Assembly (NCBI GenBank): GCA_037147375.1
Contig: JBAWVI010000043.1
Span: 1 to 7,924 of the forward strand
Source of the DNA: an archaeon
Lineage (GTDB): Archaea; Iainarchaeota; Iainarchaeia; Iainarchaeales; CSSED10-239
Reading direction: 5' to 3'
DNA: 7,924 nucleotides
Positions 6,301 through 7,924 of the stretch are shown here, piece after piece. Each line of letters begins with the position of its first letter. Position 1 is the stretch's first letter. Made by a program: the position numbers and the translations under genes. The notes beneath the pieces were generated by a model, which was given only the letters and a program-made list of their open reading frames with translations, was not told the DNA's origin and searched no databases.

Positions 6301-7924
6301 ACACCATCAGAACCACCATTTACTAAACTTCCATCTTTATTAAATAACATTTTATCAAATGTATTCCCAGAATCACTAGCCATAAATTTACTAAATCCAC
6401 TATTATCATTTTCAGCTTTATTAGTTGCATAATCCCAAGGAGTCTTGCTTATATCCTTATTATATAACTTTACAGGCATTGTTGTTGAATCTCCTGCTAT
6501 CTCAATAAATGGATCTTCCATGTAAAGAATATCTTTAACATTTACTTTTAATGGTCTAGGTACAGTTGCAACAGCTTTATCATTGTTATTTAATGATTCT
6601 ATCTTTACTTCAATTGTGTAAGCTCCAGGTACTTCTGGCTTTCTTACTGGAATAATCTTTTCTGAATCGCTTGCATTAAATCTATACTCATAATCTCCTT
6701 CTGGTCTATCATCATAGTTTTCATATGATAATCCACTTGAACTGTCTTTCATTCCACCTGAAAACGTTACTCTAAATCTTCCTTTGTCTGCACAGGTGTT
6801 CTTAATTGTTAGATCTTTTGTTTGTCCAACTATGATTGAAGAATCAATAACAAACATTCCTGCATCTCCAATTTCTTTAGTTCCATCATAGAACTTAAAG
6901 CAATCTGAAATCTCCATAATATTTATTTCTGTATTAAGAAGGATTTCTCCATCTCCATTATTTACATAAGCAAGACCAGATTCAGTTTCAACTTGTCCAT
7001 TTAAATAAATCTTTGTTTTAACAAGTCCAAACTTTATTCCACCAGAACTATAATTTAATATACCACCATATAATCTATCTGCTTCTACTCCTTCTATTAC
7101 TGTTTTATATACCCCTTCAGCAAGTCTTATTGTGCTAGCATCTATTGTTAAATCATAATAACCATATTTATCTCCTTCTGATAAGATCTTTGCTCTAATG
7201 TTCTTTAATTTTAATGGAGTTTCTGGACTATCAAATGCTCTACAATTATTTATTATTGTAAATGAAATAGATTGAGATCCACCTGAGTTAATTGTAGTTA
7301 CCCATGGCTTAACATATCCTTGTGCTACAAGACAATTGTCTGTTGCAACACCTTTACCAACAGAGATTGTAGTTTTAATTGGAATATTAAATGGATATTT
7401 TGTTCCTCCATCTTTTGTAACGTGTCCTGTAATACTACCAAGAACAACTTGATTTTCAACAAGATTCTTTGAATCTTCTCCAGGACTCATTTTAATTTCT
7501 AAAGTTTTCTTTCCTCCTACAGGAATAATAAATGCTCCACCAGTAGTAACTTGTGAATTAAGGTATGTGTGTGTTTGAGCTACGTTTATGAAACTTGCAT
7601 AATCAAATGAGAAGTCTGTATCTCCAAATTCATTTAAAGTTAAATCATAATTAGTTAAGTTTAATATTTCAATACTTTCAGTATCTCCTGTTAAACTATT
7701 CTTGTTTATGTTTATTGCAACAGGATTATCAGTTGTTACTGGTGATGAACTAAAAAGAACTGAAACTATATTTGCATCAATTGTAATTTCTTTTCTCTCT
7801 GCAAAATATCCGCTTTTTAAAGCTTCAATAATTATAGTTTCTCCAACTACAAGTGGAGGCATGCTTAAGTTTAGTTTACCACTTGAGTCTGTGTGCTTTT
7901 CTAAAACGATTGCATTTTCATATC
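3381..7924 (-). CDS. Giant surface or membrane protein, 5'-partial (more than 1513 codons visible); multi-beta-sandwich ectodomains flank an internal Gly/Ala-rich hydrophobic hairpin
   Basis: TAA at 3381-3383. The track starts the ORF at the ATG at 7860-7862. I translated 7863-7924 on the minus strand in the same frame as YENAIVLEKHTDSSGKLNLS with no stop. No SD precedes that ATG, so the gene probably begins beyond the window. TDSSGKLNLSMPPLVVGETIIIEALKSGYFAERKEITID resembles the second half of a PEGA / carboxypeptidase-regulatory-like beta-sandwich. CARDB-like strand patterns occur at GDTESIEILNLTNYDLTL, GGSQSISFTIINNC, GQTKDLTIKNTC and LRIKVIIENRTNAEIPGSVSISLG (the last within aa 915-1040, nt 4743-5120). 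There are 14 Cys in the visible part. No catalytic motif was recognised. Confidence 0.9.
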   Translation of the reverse strand, partial: YENAIVLEKHTDSSGKLNLSMPPLVVGETIIIEALKSGYFAERKEITIDANIVSVLFSSSPVTTDNPVAININKNSLTGDTESIEILNLTNYDLTLNEFGDTDFSFDYASFINVAQTHTYLNSQVTTGGAFIIPVGGKKTLEIKMSPGEDSKNLVENQVVLGSITGHVTKDGGTKYPFNIPIKTTISVGKGVATDNCLVAQGYVKPWVTTINSGGSQSISFTIINNCRAFDSPETPLKLKNIRAKILSEGDKYGYYDLTIDASTIRLAEGVYKTVIEGVEADRLYGGILNYSSGGIKFGLVKTKIYLNGQVETESGLAYVNNGDGEILLNTEINIMEISDCFKFYDGTKEIGDAGMFVIDSSIIVGQTKDLTIKNTCADKGRFRVTFSGGMKDSSSGLSYENYDDRPEGDYEYRFNASDSEKIIPVRKPEVPGAYTIEVKIESLNNNDKAVATVPRPLKVNVKDILYMEDPFIEIAGDSTTMPVKLYNKDISKTPWDYATNKAENDNSGFSKFMASDSGNTFDKMLFNKDGSLVNGGSDGVSAGMMIGGTLAGAAAGALITLITLELLGGAILAAAVPVLGWIIAGVAVVAAAVVAIILPSQYSAFTPELTSYSLDVSDVYKNPGLEVVKEINISEIEETSDELINVFDITGSRYFVYYSQHMYAYGKLAKEEEISNEMAKCTGKSHQELFILNGASYQTQMYNTGESTCSGLEVENKESSFLFKTKCPGTKGNRQKLDLIYNTYVICKYDNVIWPDQAGMKSLKFKLNDSVKELLSNSSTLGIYKTMIFYPTLDDTIDNVDPAFIDAKPIGTNGKFRFQFHEAPTQEIANVDLNVYSCSTDTDKIGKTGPGAVPNVSFDWDWQDFSNTNKCTETYCDAVQLSQMVVNRIDSTQKLLDSQRSNISCPLSYQQVSDKIFEGTYKVSASPSSVNNTIPAGKIGISNVNLQTDVNKLRIKVIIENRTNAEIPGSVSISLGDKDVASIETRDLTTGEFVSETVVATGNHTYNKDINIPIGNDNTSEIIFTYPEGILGDSLPLKITYTGGAAEYVTFNTNVTLGLYPAAATGCQVPATTVQFNGTDYIDMWFNKEQYPNNVKSEWSQEDINLLKTTLSFNAYLITDNYNTNFQDAFDKAYGGKASIDQGLGSYSFMSSPETYSRGYLSPLFKDNTTFDLRYSSSNNGVQVKTPGLYNVRIDLMFNNNDWKFVTAGDKVDVNVFVTLTYLKGPQDNSVFYRLPFDGFVGYEENGYNRQGYGLSYLGDNVLITKIKDNDLRTNGDSGSNPVKYLTVENEQDFFKLNSEVESRGSVLKVVSESGDQTRLIFSPSIPTPVLMKVVNESLKPFSIYYQLVDSSSSEPMFGAVSLTKWNGVGDGSDYSGDYIYSVFNNTYDVAADPDERVTSSYKLEWPVVNSKGNIYLRSTFYTPSSNNYSLNSKSTEGRLSIAGDNFSSSIGLPGNSAINLNSIKDVFDNIENNNICVTNSPDGTYSEFFWNPVAIYNNNVNYTIGPEDRLK
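6123..6299 (-). other. Internal 59-residue hydrophobic Gly/Ala-rich segment (aa 522-580), predicted transmembrane helical hairpin
   Basis: The segment is SAGMMIGGTLAGAAAGALITLITLELLGGAILAAAVPVLGWIIAGVAVVAAAVVAIILP. Codon positions were verified against the DNA: AGT for S522 at 6297-6299 and CCT for P580 at 6123-6125. The only charged residue is E545. GxxxG spacings occur at G524/G528 and at G529/G533/G537. Confidence 0.7.

Noticed and set aside
6130-6432. Plus-strand 100-aa Ala/Pro/Thr-rich ORF
   Set aside because: It is the antisense reading of the Gly/Ala-rich hairpin codons (GCN and GGN read backwards). It is an artefact of the local GC-rich island.
3381-7862. Many N-x-S/T sequons (about 20 counted by eye in the giant protein) as evidence of archaeal N-glycosylation
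   Set aside because: Asn, Ser and Thr are so abundant in these AT-rich-encoded proteins that this density is expected by chance. It is not informative without a composition-corrected test.
1-7924. Scanned by eye for CRISPR repeats, tRNA or rRNA, IS or transposase or integrase genes, DGR template/variable repeat pairs, and alternative genetic code
   Set aside because: I saw no regularly spaced direct repeats, no RNA-gene-like GC-rich structured segments, and no recombinase or reverse-transcriptase motifs. I saw no long near-identical DNA repeat pair; the only recurrences are about 15-nt GGNGG-coding strings. Long ORFs are uninterrupted under the standard code. A dot-plot or self-BLAST would be needed to exclude diverged repeats.

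Overview
The window is strongly AT-rich (judged by eye, not computed) and is almost entirely coding. It holds four co-directional minus-strand genes. (1) A giant ORF at 3381..7924 shows 1493 codons from the first ATG, but the frame stays open to the right-hand window edge, so the gene is 5'-truncated here. (2) An 80-aa gene follows 27 nt downstream, preceded by the strongest Shine-Dalgarno sequence in the window. (3) After a 122-nt AT-rich spacer containing a perfect 11-bp hairpin comes a 233-aa gene. (4) A 746-aa gene follows 18 nt later. All four products look exported or membrane-anchored, with Sec-type signal peptides, an N-terminal anchor, or an internal hydrophobic hairpin. All are Asn/Thr/Ser-rich and beta-strand-like, and each carries an even number of cysteines outside its hydrophobic segments (14 in the visible part of the giant ORF, then 6, 16 and 18). 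I recognise no enzyme, housekeeping gene, RNA gene, transposase, CRISPR array or named protein family with confidence. Fold-class guesses are CARDB/PEGA-like beta-sandwiches and a Gly-rich beta-solenoid. Long ORFs uninterrupted by TGA, Trp encoded by TGG, and purine-rich SD-like motifs before the starts point to a standard-code prokaryote or one of its viruses. The style resembles AT-rich uncultivated lineages such as DPANN archaea or CPR bacteria, but that placement is inference only. The most interesting reading is a dedicated disulfide-rich cell-surface or contact module. Its centrepiece is a giant protein whose two cysteine-paired ectodomains are joined by a Gly/Ala-rich glycine-zipper hydrophobic hairpin.
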